A stretch of 64,000 bases of DNA from a virus: IMG/VR virus record IMGVR_UViG_3300045988_130116; one strand, given 5' to 3'. A program made the position numbers and the translations under genes. Below the pieces are notes generated by a model, which made no database searches, was not told where the DNA came from, and saw only the letters and a list, made by a program, of their open reading frames with translations. This document shows, piece after piece, positions 34,376 through 46,271 of the stretch; position 1 is the stretch's first letter; every line of letters begins with the position of its first letter.

Positions 34376-35839
34376 TTGATAATTAGAATACCATGTTCTA
34401 TGACTTTAGAAGAAAATTTCTTAAACTTTTCAGAAAATAATGAATCAAATCCAAGTGTTAAAATGCAAATCTTACATGAAGGAGTTAATCCAAAAGGAAC
34501 AAGTTTTTCAAAAGAAGCGATAGAAGAAGCTAAAGCATCAATTTATGATAAACCAATATTGGCATATGTTAAGTATGATGAAAATGGAGAACCTTTAGAC
34601 TTTGGAGAACATGAAATGATACTTGTTCCAAAAGTTGTCAATGGTAAAAGAAGTTATGAGATTAAATATATAGAACAACCTATAGGAACTTTTTCCCAAA
34701 ACTTTGACCTTTCTTACGAAAAAGGTGAAAACGGAAAAGAGTATCTTACTGCCACAGGCACTATATGGAACAGATACTGCAAAGATGCTTATAATCTTCT
34801 TAAAGAAGGAGATAAATCTGTAAGTATGGAAATCAATATACTCGAAAGCGAAAAAGATAAATATAGTGGAGTTTTAAATATATCTAAATTTGAATTTTTA
34901 GGAGTTACTATATTAGGTGACGATTATGCTCCGGGAATAGATGGTGCTAATGCAACTCTTGAATTTACAAGAATAAAAACTGAAAAAGATTTAATTAATT
35001 TTTTAAATAATATAGAACAAAATGTGAAAGGAGACGAAAGTATGGATAACACTAACAAATATTCTCTTTCTAATAGAAGTATGGCATTACAAATAAGAGA
35101 ACAATTAAGTAATAGACTAATAGAAAAACAATACTCTTGGGGAGAAACATATCAAACTAGAGAGTTTTACTATGTAGATACTATACCCGATGATTCTGTA
35201 GTAGTAGTTCAAGGAAATGATGGCTATAAATACTATGGTGTTCCTTATTCTGTAAAAGAAGATACTCTTACTTTAGACTTTGATAATAAAAAAGAATATA
35301 TAAGTGAGTGGAGAGAGAAAAAGGTTGATGAATCTGCTAATTTTGCATTAGATGAAGAAGATGCTAAAGAAATGGCAGAACTTACTTTTAATGCAGAAGT
35401 GGAAAAGGTTGGTCAAGAAGCCAAAACAGTTGTCGACACTTTTAAAAATGATTTAAAAGGTGTTAATAAAGAATTAGAAGAAACTAAAGAAGCATTAAAA
35501 AATGCTAATGAAACTGTATTCTCTTTAGGAGAAGAAGTTAAGGAATTAAAAGCTAAAGAGGCTCAAGCAGAACAAGAAAAACTTGTAGAAAAGGTTGAAG
35601 AAGTTCTAGCTAAATTCTCATTTGACGAAGAAGAAACTAAAGAAATGAAAGAACAATGTTTAAATGGAGAATTTAATGTAGAAGAATTAAGTAATAAATT
35701 ATTTACATTATATGGTAAAAAAGCATTTGAAAATATGCAAAATAAACAACCTAAAGAACCAGAACAAGAGCCTAGTTTACACATGCCAACTAAGGGAGAT
35801 ACTCATATTCCTTATGGTGGTATATTTGAAAATTTATAA
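34376..35839 (+). CDS. putative scaffolding / prohead core protein with a C-terminal coiled coil
   Basis: Sits upstream of the capsid gene. The C-terminal third is Glu/Lys-rich coiled coil (KELEETKEALKNANE...AKEAQAEQEKLVEKVEE). Confidence 0.4.
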   Translation: MIIRIPCSMTLEENFLNFSENNESNPSVKMQILHEGVNPKGTSFSKEAIEEAKASIYDKPILAYVKYDENGEPLDFGEHEMILVPKVVNGKRSYEIKYIEQPIGTFSQNFDLSYEKGENGKEYLTATGTIWNRYCKDAYNLLKEGDKSVSMEINILESEKDKYSGVLNISKFEFLGVTILGDDYAPGIDGANATLEFTRIKTEKDLINFLNNIEQNVKGDESMDNTNKYSLSNRSMALQIREQLSNRLIEKQYSWGETYQTREFYYVDTIPDDSVVVVQGNDGYKYYGVPYSVKEDTLTLDFDNKKEYISEWREKKVDESANFALDEEDAKEMAELTFNAEVEKVGQEAKTVVDTFKNDLKGVNKELEETKEALKNANETVFSLGEEVKELKAKEAQAEQEKLVEKVEEVLAKFSFDEEETKEMKEQCLNGEFNVEELSNKLFTLYGKKAFENMQNKQPKEPEQEPSLHMPTKGDTHIPYGGIFENL

Positions 35840-35860
35840 AATTAAAAGGAGTGAATAAGT

Positions 35861-36334
35861 GTGATAAGAACAGTTATGAGAGCAATAATGAGAAAAGATA
35901 GACAACCATATCCAAATCCTATAAATGGTATATGCGAACAAGTATTAGAAAATGGTATGGTAGTCGGTGTTAAAAGTTTTGCTGAAAATGGAGAAAGAGA
36001 ACTTTACAAAGTTGGTCAATTCGCAGAAGGAGATTTAGCGGCTATAGTTGATTGTTCTGTTTTGATGTATGATAATCAAATGGATGAAAGAGACTTCCAA
36101 CTATTAGCAGGTGAAAGAGGTAGATTTGAATATTTAGGACATGGTGATGTTTATACAATATCTAACGCTTTCTTACCAGAAGGATTAGTAGTAGGAGATA
36201 AATTAGCTCCTGACACTGCAAATTTAGGAAAATACGTTAAAGATGCCGATAATGGCATGTTCTTAGTTAGAAGAGTAGGTATAGACTTTGAAGGACAACC
36301 TTCAACTATGATAGAAGTATGTTTACACGCATAA
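35861..36334 (+). CDS. head-module protein (157 aa), function unassigned
   Basis: ORF track. GTG start after AAAGGAG. Confidence 0.7.
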   Translation: MIRTVMRAIMRKDRQPYPNPINGICEQVLENGMVVGVKSFAENGERELYKVGQFAEGDLAAIVDCSVLMYDNQMDERDFQLLAGERGRFEYLGHGDVYTISNAFLPEGLVVGDKLAPDTANLGKYVKDADNGMFLVRRVGIDFEGQPSTMIEVCLHA

Positions 36335-36363
36335 GAAAATAAATAAAAGAAAGGATGATTATA

Positions 36364-37344
36364 GTGGAAAAAAGAAGTCAAGTTGCTCAAATGGCAATAG
36401 ATATATTAGACGGAAACCCTGATACATACGATTTAAATACTGCTGAAGACAAATTAAGAAAATTAGTATTAAACGAAATGGGTGGAACTTGGGATTATTA
36501 TACTTTCCAAGATAACAAATATAAAGTATTCGCAATATTATCAGAAATATTAACTGAAAGTACTTCTCGTGTTTTAAGAGAGGTATTCGAACCATTCTGT
36601 GAATTCAGAGATTTTGAATTAGGAGATACTGTTGAATTTACAGTAGAAGACGATAGATTATTTGAAGTATCTGTAGTTGCAACAGATAATAACAACCTAT
36701 TAAGACAAAAATTAATGAACAGAAAAGTTCCTATGACTGCTAGTGAATTAGGTGTAAAAATCTATGCTCCATTTACTGCTTGGTTAGCAGGAAGAATAGA
36801 TTTAGCAAAATTAGTAGATAGAGTTCAAAAATCTACTCAACAAGATATGGTTAGAAGAATAGGTAACGCTTTTGTTAGTGCTTATGGTCAATGTCATGCT
36901 AACTTAGTTGAAAGTGGTACAGTAACTAGAGATGCTTTATCTTTATTATGTGCTAAAGTAGACGGTTTAGGATTAGGAGACCCAGTTATATATGGTACTA
37001 AAACTGCATTAGCTAAAATACCTGCATTAGAAGGATTCGTTTTAGACGGAGAAGATTTAAGAAACAATGGTTACTTAAAAATGTTCGAAGGTATGAAATG
37101 TGTAGAATTAAAAAATACATTCAATAAAGAAACTGGTAAATTTGGTTTAGGTGACGACGAACATCTATACATAGTTCCAAGTGGAATGACTAAACCTATA
37201 ATGGTTGGTTTTGAAGGAAAAGCATTTGTACTAGAAGATAAATCTGGTGCTAGAAATGATAGAGAAATCGAATATCTATTCACTAGAAGAGTACATATAG
37301 GTGTTGTAAAAGCAGTTAACTTCGGTAGATATGATATAGCTTAG
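36364..37344 (+). CDS. putative major capsid protein
   Basis: ~326 aa, immediately after the scaffold-like gene, with low Cys content. The GTG at 36364 has better RBS spacing than the track ATG at 36355. Positional call. Confidence 0.5.
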   Translation: MEKRSQVAQMAIDILDGNPDTYDLNTAEDKLRKLVLNEMGGTWDYYTFQDNKYKVFAILSEILTESTSRVLREVFEPFCEFRDFELGDTVEFTVEDDRLFEVSVVATDNNNLLRQKLMNRKVPMTASELGVKIYAPFTAWLAGRIDLAKLVDRVQKSTQQDMVRRIGNAFVSAYGQCHANLVESGTVTRDALSLLCAKVDGLGLGDPVIYGTKTALAKIPALEGFVLDGEDLRNNGYLKMFEGMKCVELKNTFNKETGKFGLGDDEHLYIVPSGMTKPIMVGFEGKAFVLEDKSGARNDREIEYLFTRRVHIGVVKAVNFGRYDIA

Positions 37345-37371
37345 TAAATATAAATAGGGAGATGATAGTAA

Positions 37372-37944
37372 ATGGCAACTAAAAAAGTAGAGGAAAAGGT
37401 TAATTTAGGGAAGGAAACAGTTGAAGAAACAAAGAAAGCAAGAAAAAGAACAAGAGCAGAAATGATAAGAGAATTAAAAAGAGAAGCATCTAAAATAGAC
37501 ATTGAAGTAATGAATTTAACCAATGGCTCATTTATTTATGAAAATGGTTATGATTCTATAAGAATGAATGAACCCGGAGAAACAGCCATAGTAGGATTAG
37601 ATTTATTATTAAAAATGAAAAATTCTCCAACTATGAGAAAATTATTTTTATCAATAGTAGATATATATAGTGATGAATATGAATTAAAAGATGTGCTTGA
37701 TATATTAGATTTAACTAAAATATATAATGACAAAGTTCTTACTTTGGATTACTTAGATGAGGTATTAGAAAATAGTACTGTTGATGAATTTGTGGGAATA
37801 CTTGAAAGCGAATCCCCTGAATTAGCTAAAAGATTATGCCAAAGAGCAGTTTATTTAGCTCACTTAAATGAATTTGATTCTATGGGTAAGCGTTCTGCAA
37901 TCGAAAGCAAATTTAATAATGCTTATATATTTAAATCAAATTAG
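37372..37944 (+). CDS. head-module protein (190 aa)
   Basis: ORF track. RBS AGGGAG. Confidence 0.7.
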   Translation: MATKKVEEKVNLGKETVEETKKARKRTRAEMIRELKREASKIDIEVMNLTNGSFIYENGYDSIRMNEPGETAIVGLDLLLKMKNSPTMRKLFLSIVDIYSDEYELKDVLDILDLTKIYNDKVLTLDYLDEVLENSTVDEFVGILESESPELAKRLCQRAVYLAHLNEFDSMGKRSAIESKFNNAYIFKSN

Positions 37945-37955
37945 AAGGTGTTAAT

Positions 37956-38387
37956 ATGAGTACTCCAATAGAGAAGATATTTGTTGTTTTTTTAAACCAA
38001 GTTGAAGATGACGGACTGGCTTTAGCACCTGAAGAAATACAAATGAAAACAATGACCAGATATCTTCGTGGAGCGACTATAAAATTCGACACTTGTGAAA
38101 AGGATTTAACTATCGTTTCCGAAGATGATGGAGTTTCAGGTTATATTAAAGCTGATCTAACTGAAAGAGAAATAGAAATTCTTGCTTTGGGTATGGTATG
38201 TAGATGGCTACAAAGAATTGTAAATAGTGAAGATAATTTAAGGAATATTATTACAGACCACGATTTTAAGAAAACTTCAAATGCCAATTTATTAAAAAAT
38301 TTAATGACATTGAAGAAACTTCACGAAGAGGATTTTCGAAAAATGAAAGTCGATTATACTTACGAAGGGCATTATGGTTTTGAGTAA
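37956..38387 (+). CDS. head-tail joining module protein (143 aa)
   Basis: ORF track; call by position. Confidence 0.6.
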   Translation: MSTPIEKIFVVFLNQVEDDGLALAPEEIQMKTMTRYLRGATIKFDTCEKDLTIVSEDDGVSGYIKADLTEREIEILALGMVCRWLQRIVNSEDNLRNIITDHDFKKTSNANLLKNLMTLKKLHEEDFRKMKVDYTYEGHYGFE

Positions 38388-39369
38388 GTTTTTAGATGAA
38401 TACAAAACTTTTACTTTACGTGGTCAAAATAATAAAAGAGAAAAATTAAGGGCAACGGCTAAACTAACATTCGAAAAAATGCTATACAGGTCACCCACAG
38501 TAATAGATATACAAGTAACAGATGTCGATGAAGTGCTTATAACAGAAAATACAAAAACTGTTATGGCAGTAGTTAATAATATAACAGATAATGACCAAAC
38601 ATCATTAGATGAAAAAGAAATATATTTCCCTGTCGGCACTAATGTCGATATAGGGTGTTATTGTTTCTTTGATAATTGTTATTGGTTAATTATATTTAAA
38701 GAGCATCATGAAATGGGTGCTTATTTACACTTTGTAGCTAGAAGATGTAATCAAATTATTAATTATGCTTATAATGGTATAGTATATCCTATCCCAGTTT
38801 CTATATTAAACCTAACAATGTATAGCGATGGTGTTAACCAAACTAGATATGTAGATATAGGAGATGCTAAAAGGCATATATTCATAGGCTCAAATCCAAT
38901 TACAAGAACATTTGATACTGGGACAAGAATAATGTTGACTAGAAAAACAGTATTTAGAGTTACACATATAAATGATTTTGAATTTAATGGTAGATATAGT
39001 GGTGCTGATGGATTAATAAAAGCACTAACTCAACAAACGGTTCGCATTTTAGAAGATGACTGCGAAAATAAAATAGCCTACAATAGAGTAGGAGAAAAAA
39101 ATGTTGAGGAAGATAACAACGTGATGGGATTAGATTACATTTATCTAGGCGAAGAAAACGAATACAATGTCGACACAGATAAAGAAATAGAATTTATACT
39201 AGATACAGATTATTCAAATACAAGTATTATAAAACAAGAAAATAATAAATGTACTATTAAACAATCATCTAATATTGAATCAATAGGAGATAACATTATG
39301 CTTATTGCTAGAGATAAGAAAACAAAAGAAACAATAGATATGTTTGTTATTACTGTGAGAGGTGTTTAA
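38374..39369 (+). CDS. neck/head completion module protein (331 aa)
   Basis: ORF track; call by position. Confidence 0.6.
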   Translation: MVLSKFLDEYKTFTLRGQNNKREKLRATAKLTFEKMLYRSPTVIDIQVTDVDEVLITENTKTVMAVVNNITDNDQTSLDEKEIYFPVGTNVDIGCYCFFDNCYWLIIFKEHHEMGAYLHFVARRCNQIINYAYNGIVYPIPVSILNLTMYSDGVNQTRYVDIGDAKRHIFIGSNPITRTFDTGTRIMLTRKTVFRVTHINDFEFNGRYSGADGLIKALTQQTVRILEDDCENKIAYNRVGEKNVEEDNNVMGLDYIYLGEENEYNVDTDKEIEFILDTDYSNTSIIKQENNKCTIKQSSNIESIGDNIMLIARDKKTKETIDMFVITVRGV

Positions 39370-39370
39370 G

Positions 39371-39880
39371 ATGATAGAACAATTTCCAAATAAATATTTG
39401 ATTAAACTCTCAAATGAAATAATGTTAGATGATAAAATAAATAAATTGATATATTATAACAACGAAAAAGAAAGAGACATATATAAGCTCGAGGATTTAG
39501 AAAATCCAATTAAAAAACTTAAAGAGAAAAAAGTATTTATAAATAAAAAGGCTCCGGAAGTAATGAAGGAATCAGATGTTTCTTTATTTGTTAATATATA
39601 TAGAGACTTTCCTTATACGGGAGTATATAGACAAAGTAATAAAATACAACAATTTAAGTTTGAAATTGGCGTATTATGTCATAAAGATTGTAGATTTACA
39701 TTAAATGGTTTGAGAGATATTTTGATATATAAGGGAATAGAACAAATGCTTAAAGAAAATAAAAACTTAAAAGCTATTGGATTCCCAACATTAGAACAAA
39801 CTTACCCAATGTATAATATTCCTAGTGACTATATAGGATATATGTCTGTATATAGGCTTGAATATTTTGAAGGTATGTAA
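39371..39880 (+). CDS. neck/tail completion module protein (169 aa)
   Basis: ORF track frame. ATG 39371 after GAGAGGTG. Confidence 0.6.
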   Translation: MIEQFPNKYLIKLSNEIMLDDKINKLIYYNNEKERDIYKLEDLENPIKKLKEKKVFINKKAPEVMKESDVSLFVNIYRDFPYTGVYRQSNKIQQFKFEIGVLCHKDCRFTLNGLRDILIYKGIEQMLKENKNLKAIGFPTLEQTYPMYNIPSDYIGYMSVYRLEYFEGM

Positions 39881-40641
39881 TGTATTTTACTAAAGAATAT
39901 ATTACAGGTAACCCTTTAGATTTAAAAAAATATACATTGGGAATCATAAAACAACCAATCGTAGATTATTTTATGTATGATTATGATTTCATAGATTTTA
40001 TAAAACCATATTATATGGGATTGTCCTTATCGTATGATGAAGTATGTGAAGAAAGTAAACTTTTCTTCACTATTTTTTTGGAAATGATGAATAAATCAAA
40101 GAAGATATTAAATGACTTTTATAAAGGGCTAACTTTATTATACGATACATCTCTTGAGGATATGGGATTTTTTCAAGATGAAGAAAAGAGGTTTATTCTT
40201 AGAATAGACGAAAAAGGTAGCAGAAAAGAAAGTAAAGATGGAGTAGGAAATCCGATAGCATTTATTACTGATGAAAATTTCGTTATTCTTTGTAAAATAA
40301 TTTTAGAAATGAGTCATTTTGAAGAACCTCAAAAGCCAACAGAGCTAAAGGGAGACCCAGAACTTGTTAAAAGATTTAAGCAAAAACAAAAAGAATATTA
40401 TCAAAAAAGAAAAGTTGATAATAGTATGCTTTTTGAAAATGTTGTCAGAGAAGTTATGTATTTTAGGAATATTAATTCTTATGAAGAAATGAGAAATAAA
40501 ACTATATGGTGGCTAAGAGATTGCTATTCTGTTGAGGCTTTAAGGAGTTCTGAACAGAAACAATGGCAAATGGCAAGTGGTGGAAAATATAGTCCTAAAA
40601 AAATAAAATCTTGGCAAAAAATAACTAAATTAAAAAAATAG
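39880..40641 (+). CDS. tail module protein (253 aa)
   Basis: ORF track; ATG overlaps the preceding stop. Confidence 0.65.
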   Translation: MYFTKEYITGNPLDLKKYTLGIIKQPIVDYFMYDYDFIDFIKPYYMGLSLSYDEVCEESKLFFTIFLEMMNKSKKILNDFYKGLTLLYDTSLEDMGFFQDEEKRFILRIDEKGSRKESKDGVGNPIAFITDENFVILCKIILEMSHFEEPQKPTELKGDPELVKRFKQKQKEYYQKRKVDNSMLFENVVREVMYFRNINSYEEMRNKTIWWLRDCYSVEALRSSEQKQWQMASGGKYSPKKIKSWQKITKLKK

Positions 40642-40656
40642 AAAGGATGAATGATT

Positions 40657-41142
40657 ATGGGATATGCGATAAAAAGTGCTTGTGACCTAACTTTAACAAA
40701 TTTAGCTAATGCTGAAGACACTACTACTATAGATTTCCTTAATAGTTTTAATATAACTACTGAATCAGAAAACTTTGAAGCTTATAAAAGAGGGGATTTA
40801 TGTATAACTATAGCAGGTCAAAGAAAAGGAACATTACAAATGGATGCTCAAGTTATAGATGACTTCTTCTTAGCTCAAATGCTTGGTGGAGAAATAACTG
40901 GTACTAAAATACAAGTTAAAGGTACTATACCAAGTAAATATTATAAAATGGAAGGTACATTTGAAGTTGTTAATGAAGATGGTAGTACAGAAATTAAATC
41001 AATAAAATTCAGCAAAGCAAAAGCACAACCTAATGCTGACTTAACAATTTCAGCACAAGAAATATCAGACTTTAGTTTAACTTGGGACATATTAGTTGAT
41101 GACCAAGACTTAATATTAGAAATAGACAAAAAAACTATGTAA
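40657..41142 (+). CDS. putative major tail protein
   Basis: ~160 aa, upstream of the chaperone-like genes and the tape measure gene. Followed by a strong terminator (41152-41189), as is typical of a highly expressed structural gene. Confidence 0.5.
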   Translation: MGYAIKSACDLTLTNLANAEDTTTIDFLNSFNITTESENFEAYKRGDLCITIAGQRKGTLQMDAQVIDDFFLAQMLGGEITGTKIQVKGTIPSKYYKMEGTFEVVNEDGSTEIKSIKFSKAKAQPNADLTISAQEISDFSLTWDILVDDQDLILEIDKKTM

Positions 41143-41151
41143 TAATTTATA

Positions 41152-41189
41152 GCGTCAGCAGATTAAGTTCTGTTGACGCATTTTTTTTT
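41152..41189 (+). terminator. rho-independent terminator after the putative major tail gene
   Basis: 10-bp stem GCGTCAGCAG/CTGTTGACGC followed by ATTTTTTTTT. Confidence 0.8.
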
Positions 41190-41218
41190 ACCTATTTTTA
41201 GAAGGGAGAATAAACAAA

Positions 41219-41707
41219 ATGAAAGTAAGCGATTTTAAATTAGAAAAAGTGAGAAAAGAATTTGTAGTAGAAATTAACGGGGAGTTAGAAAAAGTAACAG
41301 TTTATAATATATTAAATGAGGAAAGAGAAGAAATAAGGTTACAATTAGAGGATATTATAGAGGGGAAAACTGAACATACTTTAGATGCAGAAGATATAGA
41401 AGATATATACAATATATTATTTCCTGTATGTACGAATATAGAAGTTGATGAAAATATTATAGGGGCATTAAATAACCCTAATAAAGATATGATTTTAGTA
41501 TTAAACGAAGTAAGAGAGATATTAGATGAAATATACCTAGAAGTATTATTGAACCAGTCTCAGCAATTAACTGAATTAGAAAAAGGATTAATATTGAAAA
41601 GAAATTTATTAAAGGGAGAGAAAATAGAACTTTTAACTAAAGATTGTGAAAAGCTAAAGAAAGAAATAGAGGAAATTAAAAAAGAAGGCGAACAAGATGG
41701 TATTTGA
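41219..41707 (+). CDS. putative tail assembly chaperone (acidic, 162 aa)
   Basis: Lies between the major tail and tape measure genes. Confidence 0.45.
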   Translation: MKVSDFKLEKVRKEFVVEINGELEKVTVYNILNEEREEIRLQLEDIIEGKTEHTLDAEDIEDIYNILFPVCTNIEVDENIIGALNNPNKDMILVLNEVREILDEIYLEVLLNQSQQLTELEKGLILKRNLLKGEKIELLTKDCEKLKKEIEEIKKEGEQDGI

Positions 41708-42134
41708 TAATTTAGATCAGGTTGTCGCCCATATAGAAAGAATAGTTGCTGATGAATTAGATAGCGTAGGAGAAAAAATGGAAGAAATTATGAATGAAAT
41801 CCTTATGCAAGAAACAGGATATGATGGAAGAGTTCCAAATATGTACGAAAGAAGTGGAGATTTTAAAAATATAGTTACTTCTGAACAAGTTAGCCATATG
41901 GAAATAGATGGGGTATTCCAAGATAATGGTGGATGGGTAGATAAGCATGGTTCACATTATTTCCCATTAAACCGTTGGGAAGAAGGAACTGTTTGGGCTC
42001 CGGGTTATACTGATAATAACCCTGTTTATTATCCAGCAACCAACGTAGTTGACAATTCAAAAACAGCAATAGATGCTAAAATTCCTATGGAGTTAAAAGA
42101 AAGACTTTTAGCTAGGGGTCTTAGAGTAGTATAA
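41697..42134 (+). CDS. tail module protein (145 aa)
   Basis: ORF track. Has its own ATG and a GAAGG RBS. Confidence 0.6.
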   Translation: MVFDNLDQVVAHIERIVADELDSVGEKMEEIMNEILMQETGYDGRVPNMYERSGDFKNIVTSEQVSHMEIDGVFQDNGGWVDKHGSHYFPLNRWEEGTVWAPGYTDNNPVYYPATNVVDNSKTAIDAKIPMELKERLLARGLRVV

Positions 42135-42198
42135 AAAAATTAAATTACCACTTCGTATAGGTGGTAATTCTTATGCGTATTAAAGGTGGTGAATTTAA

Positions 42199-45100
42199 TT
42201 GGCTGATGATATAAGAATTAGAGTCTATCCAACCGTTGATAAAGGACAATCAGCATCAGAGTTATCAAAAGTTATAGCAGATTTAGAAAAAAATGCTAAG
42301 AAAATAAAGGTTGGAATAGATGACAAAGAATTGCTTACACAAATTGAAAAACTTAAAGAGCAAATAAATAGCTTGACTAAAGGGTCAAATACAAAAGGCA
42401 ATTCTAAAATGTTTCAAGGCGAAGCAAAAAGTGCAAAAGAATTAGTCGCAGAATATAAAAAGTTAATATCTGAAAAAGATAAACTTGAAAAGAAAATGTC
42501 TAAACAGACATATCAAGGACAGGCTTATAAAGCTTTATCTAAAGATTTAACAAAAGTTAATAAAGACATTGAATCAGTTGGTAGTAAAATTGATGCTTTA
42601 AATAAAAAGAATATTAAATCTGATATTACTTCTAGTTTAAATTCTTCATTTGAATCAACAATTAAAAAGGTAACTGAATTAGGAACTTCTATCGAAAATG
42701 CTTTAGGGAAACGTAAACTTGCAGGTAATCAAGTAGCTGATATTAAGACTTTACAAAACCAAGTTGAAAAGTTTAAACAAGAAGCGAATCTTGAGAATAT
42801 ACTGAAAGCAGATAAACCATATGCTGAAATGTCTAAGTTAATCACTAAGGCAGATGAACTCTCTAGGTCTTTTAAGAAACTAGAATTATCAGATAATCTA
42901 GCTAGAAGTATAAGAAAAGCAGAGGCAGATGCGAGTATCCTTCAAAATAAGATTAAGTCCTTATATACAAAAGGGTATGGAGACAACAATTCTATTGATA
43001 AATTATTTACTAGAGCAAAAGAATTAAGCAATATTAATATAAGAGTTAATGGTAAAACAGCAGAAGCAGATTTAATTAATCTTAATAATAAAATAAAAGA
43101 TTTAGATACTGATTATAATAAGTTGGTAGCAGATATGCAAAGAAATAAAAAGATGGATGTTTTCAAAATAAATGTATCTGCATCAATGAAACAATTAGAA
43201 GAATTAAGAACTAAATTTACAAGTTTAGGGAAAGACACATCTCAAATAGATTCTTTAAAAACTAAGTTAGAAGGGTTAAATAAATTAACCTTTGCACAGG
43301 CACAAGAAGAATTTTCTAAAATAAAAACTCGAATAAGTGAAGTGTCAGGAGAAATACCAAAGGCTACTTCTGCTATGAATCAATTTAATAAGTTGATGAA
43401 TGAAAGAGCTTCTTTAGAAAAACAAATGTCTAAGACTACAAATAATCAATCTTATGCAGTTTTAAATAAGCAGTTAGATGAAAATTTAGTTAAGATTAGG
43501 AATGTATCTAAAGAGTTAGATGTATTAAAGAATAAGAATTTTGAACCAAATATAACTAAAAGTTTGGCAGCAACATTTAATCAATTACAAGATTCTGCAA
43601 CTAAAACATCTCAAACTATAGACAATATGTTCAAAAATAAGAATCTAACAGAAGGGCAAATCTCTCAATTAGAAGCTTTAAGAAAAGAAATGGATAGGAT
43701 TAAGGGTACGAAATTAGATAATATTCTAAACGTATCTAATTCTCATGAGACAATGTCTACGCTTTTATCTGACTTACAAAATGTAAAGAATATAGCGAAA
43801 AGTATAGAGATAAATGGTAATTTTAACTCAAGACTTGAAACTGCTTATAAGAAAGTAACAGATATTGGTTCAAAAATTGCTGATTTAAAAAATAAAGGAT
43901 TTACTGATAGTCCTCAAATGGTCGCAGACATTGATAAGGTAGTAGCATCTTATGAAAAATTAAAAAATGTAAAAATAAATATTAGTTCCGATACTGCGGT
44001 TTCAGAGTTAATGGAACTTAACCGTTCTATAGAGAAGACAGAATCAGAAATCCAAAGATTAAATAATGTTGCTAAAGCAAATAAGCAATCTTTTAAGATT
44101 GAAGCAGGTATAAGCGAATCTTTAAATAGATTGGGAGAATATAAACGTGTTATACAAACACTAGGAGAGAATACTGCCCCTGTTACTGCTTTAGAACAAA
44201 AATTATTAAATCTACTTGATTTACCTTATGACGAGGCATCTACAAGATTAAGTCAGGTAAATAAAGAAATCAATAAAATGATTCAAAATGCAACTGGTAT
44301 TAAATCTCAAACAGATGCTTTAAATGCCTTTAATAAGGCAATAACACAAAGAGATGCTTTAATTAAACAACTTGGAAAAACTCCTGTTGGGACAGAAACT
44401 TTTAAAGCTTTAGAATCAGAACTAGGTGTTGTTGAAGGTAAAATAAATACTATAGCTAAATTGCTTCCTAATATAAAGATTACCGGAACTTCAACAGAAA
44501 CAACTAAAGAATTTGCAAAATCTTTTGATAATGTACAAAAATCATTAACTAATGCAGAGAGCAAATTAAATGAATTTGGTAGCAAAACTAATCTTACAAA
44601 AGGGCAACTGCAAGAATTACAAAGTTTAATGACTCAATTAGGAAATCTTAAAATAACTAAATTTGGAGATATTTTAAGCAGTTCAGTTCCTTATAATGAA
44701 ATGACTAAATTAATACAAAGCACAAGAGAATTAGAAAATGCTTTATCTAATTTAGGTAAAAATATTAATTTTACAGGAAAACTTGATAGTCAGTTTAATA
44801 CTGCTATTAGTAAATTTAAGACTTTACAGTCTCAAATGGACTCCTTTAAAGTTACTAAAATGTTCGGAGATACAACTCAATTAGACAGATTAATTGAGAA
44901 AGCAGATAAATTATCTAAGACTAAAATAGATTTAGATTCAGAAGCAGCAGAGGCAGATATTCAAGATTTAATAAGATTAGCGAATGAATTAGAAAATGAA
45001 TTTAAGCAAGTTAAAGAAGTTTCTAAAATTAATGAAGGAAACTTTAATTTAGAGACTGCTCTTAAAAATGCAAATGCAACATTAGACCAATTACAAAGAA

Positions 45101-45804
45101 AATATCAGTCTATGGGTAAAGATGTTACACCTATAACTAATTTAAGAAATCAGTTAAATGGGCTAAATGGGGTCTCTTTAAAAGAAGCGGACGCTCAAAT
45201 CAGAAGTGTTACAAGTGAAGCAAGACTTTTAGATAAGGCACTTAGACAAACTGCAAGTTCTTCTAAACAAATGTCTTCAGCAGTAGCTACTTCTGCAAAG
45301 AAAACAAGTTCATTTGTCACTAATTTATATTCTACATTATCTACTTATTCATTAGGTAATATTTTAGGTATGCAAATAACTAAAGGTATCTATGCAATAA
45401 AAGAAACTATTGTAGATTTAGATAGTGCCTTCAGAGATATGGAAAAAGTTGCTCCTGCTAGTTTTACAGGAACAAAAGAAGAGCTACAAGAAGTTAAGGA
45501 ATTAGCGTTCCAAACAGGACAAGATGTTGCTAGAAGTTCTGTTGACATTATTAACTCGACTGCGGCAGCTTTCCAATTAGGTATAGATAATGTTAAACAA
45601 GCGATGGAATATGCAAAAGATGTAAATATGTATGCAAATGTCGCAGATGTTAATGAGGAAACAGCCGATAAGTATTTAAAAACTATAGCATCAGCTTATG
45701 GTGGTGTAACAAAATCATTAGAACCTATGACTCAAAAAGTTAAGGGTGCTAGTGATTCTTATAATATGTTAACTGATTATATGGATCAGGCAAACAAAAT
45801 TGCC
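42199..45804 (+). CDS. tape measure protein, exon 1 (1202 codons)
   Basis: TTG start after AAGGTGGTG. Long coiled-coil sequence with three ~320-aa internal repeats. The frame is closed by TAA at 45805-45807, at the start of the intron-like block. The exact 5' splice site (45804 or 45805) is uncertain. Confidence 0.75.
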
Positions 45805-45805
45805 T

Positions 45806-46250
45806 AATTGTCGAGAAATCGGCAATGGATTTACACAATTTGAATTGCAGGTAACTCCTAAAGCCTTGCACCACAATATCGGAGAAATCACGATATGAAG
45901 GTACGAAAGTAGAAACAACGCAAGGATAAGTATATGGTTAAACCCTAAGTACTTAGATATGGTTAAAGTAATTACCATATCACAATGGATGTTCATGCAG
46001 GTAAGGTTCTAAAGTCATTAAGACCAAGAACAAACTTCAACGACTATGCCTTTGGATGTTGAAATACATCAATAGCAGTACGGCTCAAGCTAATGGAGTG
46101 GGTGAGAATCCCTTAAATGGAAGTGGATTGCCCCTAACACATAATGGTGAGGGTGAAGAAATAGTCTGGACGCTTATCGAAAGATAAGGAAGTTCATAAG
46201 AGAACTGTATAGATGTAGCGAATCTATATGAACATTACGAAACTATGCAG
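45806..46250 (+). ncRNA. group I-like intron unit 1 (no ORF)
   Basis: GAAGAAATAGTCTGGAC (46155-46171) resembles the Tetrahymena J8/7-P7 element AAGAUAUAGUCGGAC. CAACGACTAT...AGTAC...TCAAGC lies at 46038-46090. GAAA-capped hairpins at 45812-45821 and 46173-46188. GC-richer than its flanks, with stops in all frames. Boundaries are approximate. Confidence 0.65.
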
Positions 46251-46271
46251 GTGAATGTAAATTAGTCGCCT
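46251..46271 (+). other. candidate 21-nt in-frame micro-exon between the two intron units
   Basis: GTGAATGTAAATTAGTCGCCT. If both units splice at GCCT| and GCAG|, it adds CECKLVA without a stop. Alternatively it is removed together with both units. Confidence 0.3.

Noticed and set aside
41670-41710. Programmed -1 frameshift (A AAA AAG) joining the two genes upstream of the tape measure gene
   Set aside because: The AAAAAAG run is not in the X XXY YYZ register of the zero frame. The -1 frame hits TAG after 11 codons. The downstream ORF is in the +1 frame and has its own RBS and ATG.
45769-45996. 75-aa minus-strand ORF inside intron unit 1 as a possible homing endonuclease
   Set aside because: It is on the wrong strand relative to the intron and shows no LAGLIDADG, GIY-YIG, HNH or His-Cys box motifs. 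The sequence is hydrophobic and low in information. It looks like a chance ORF.
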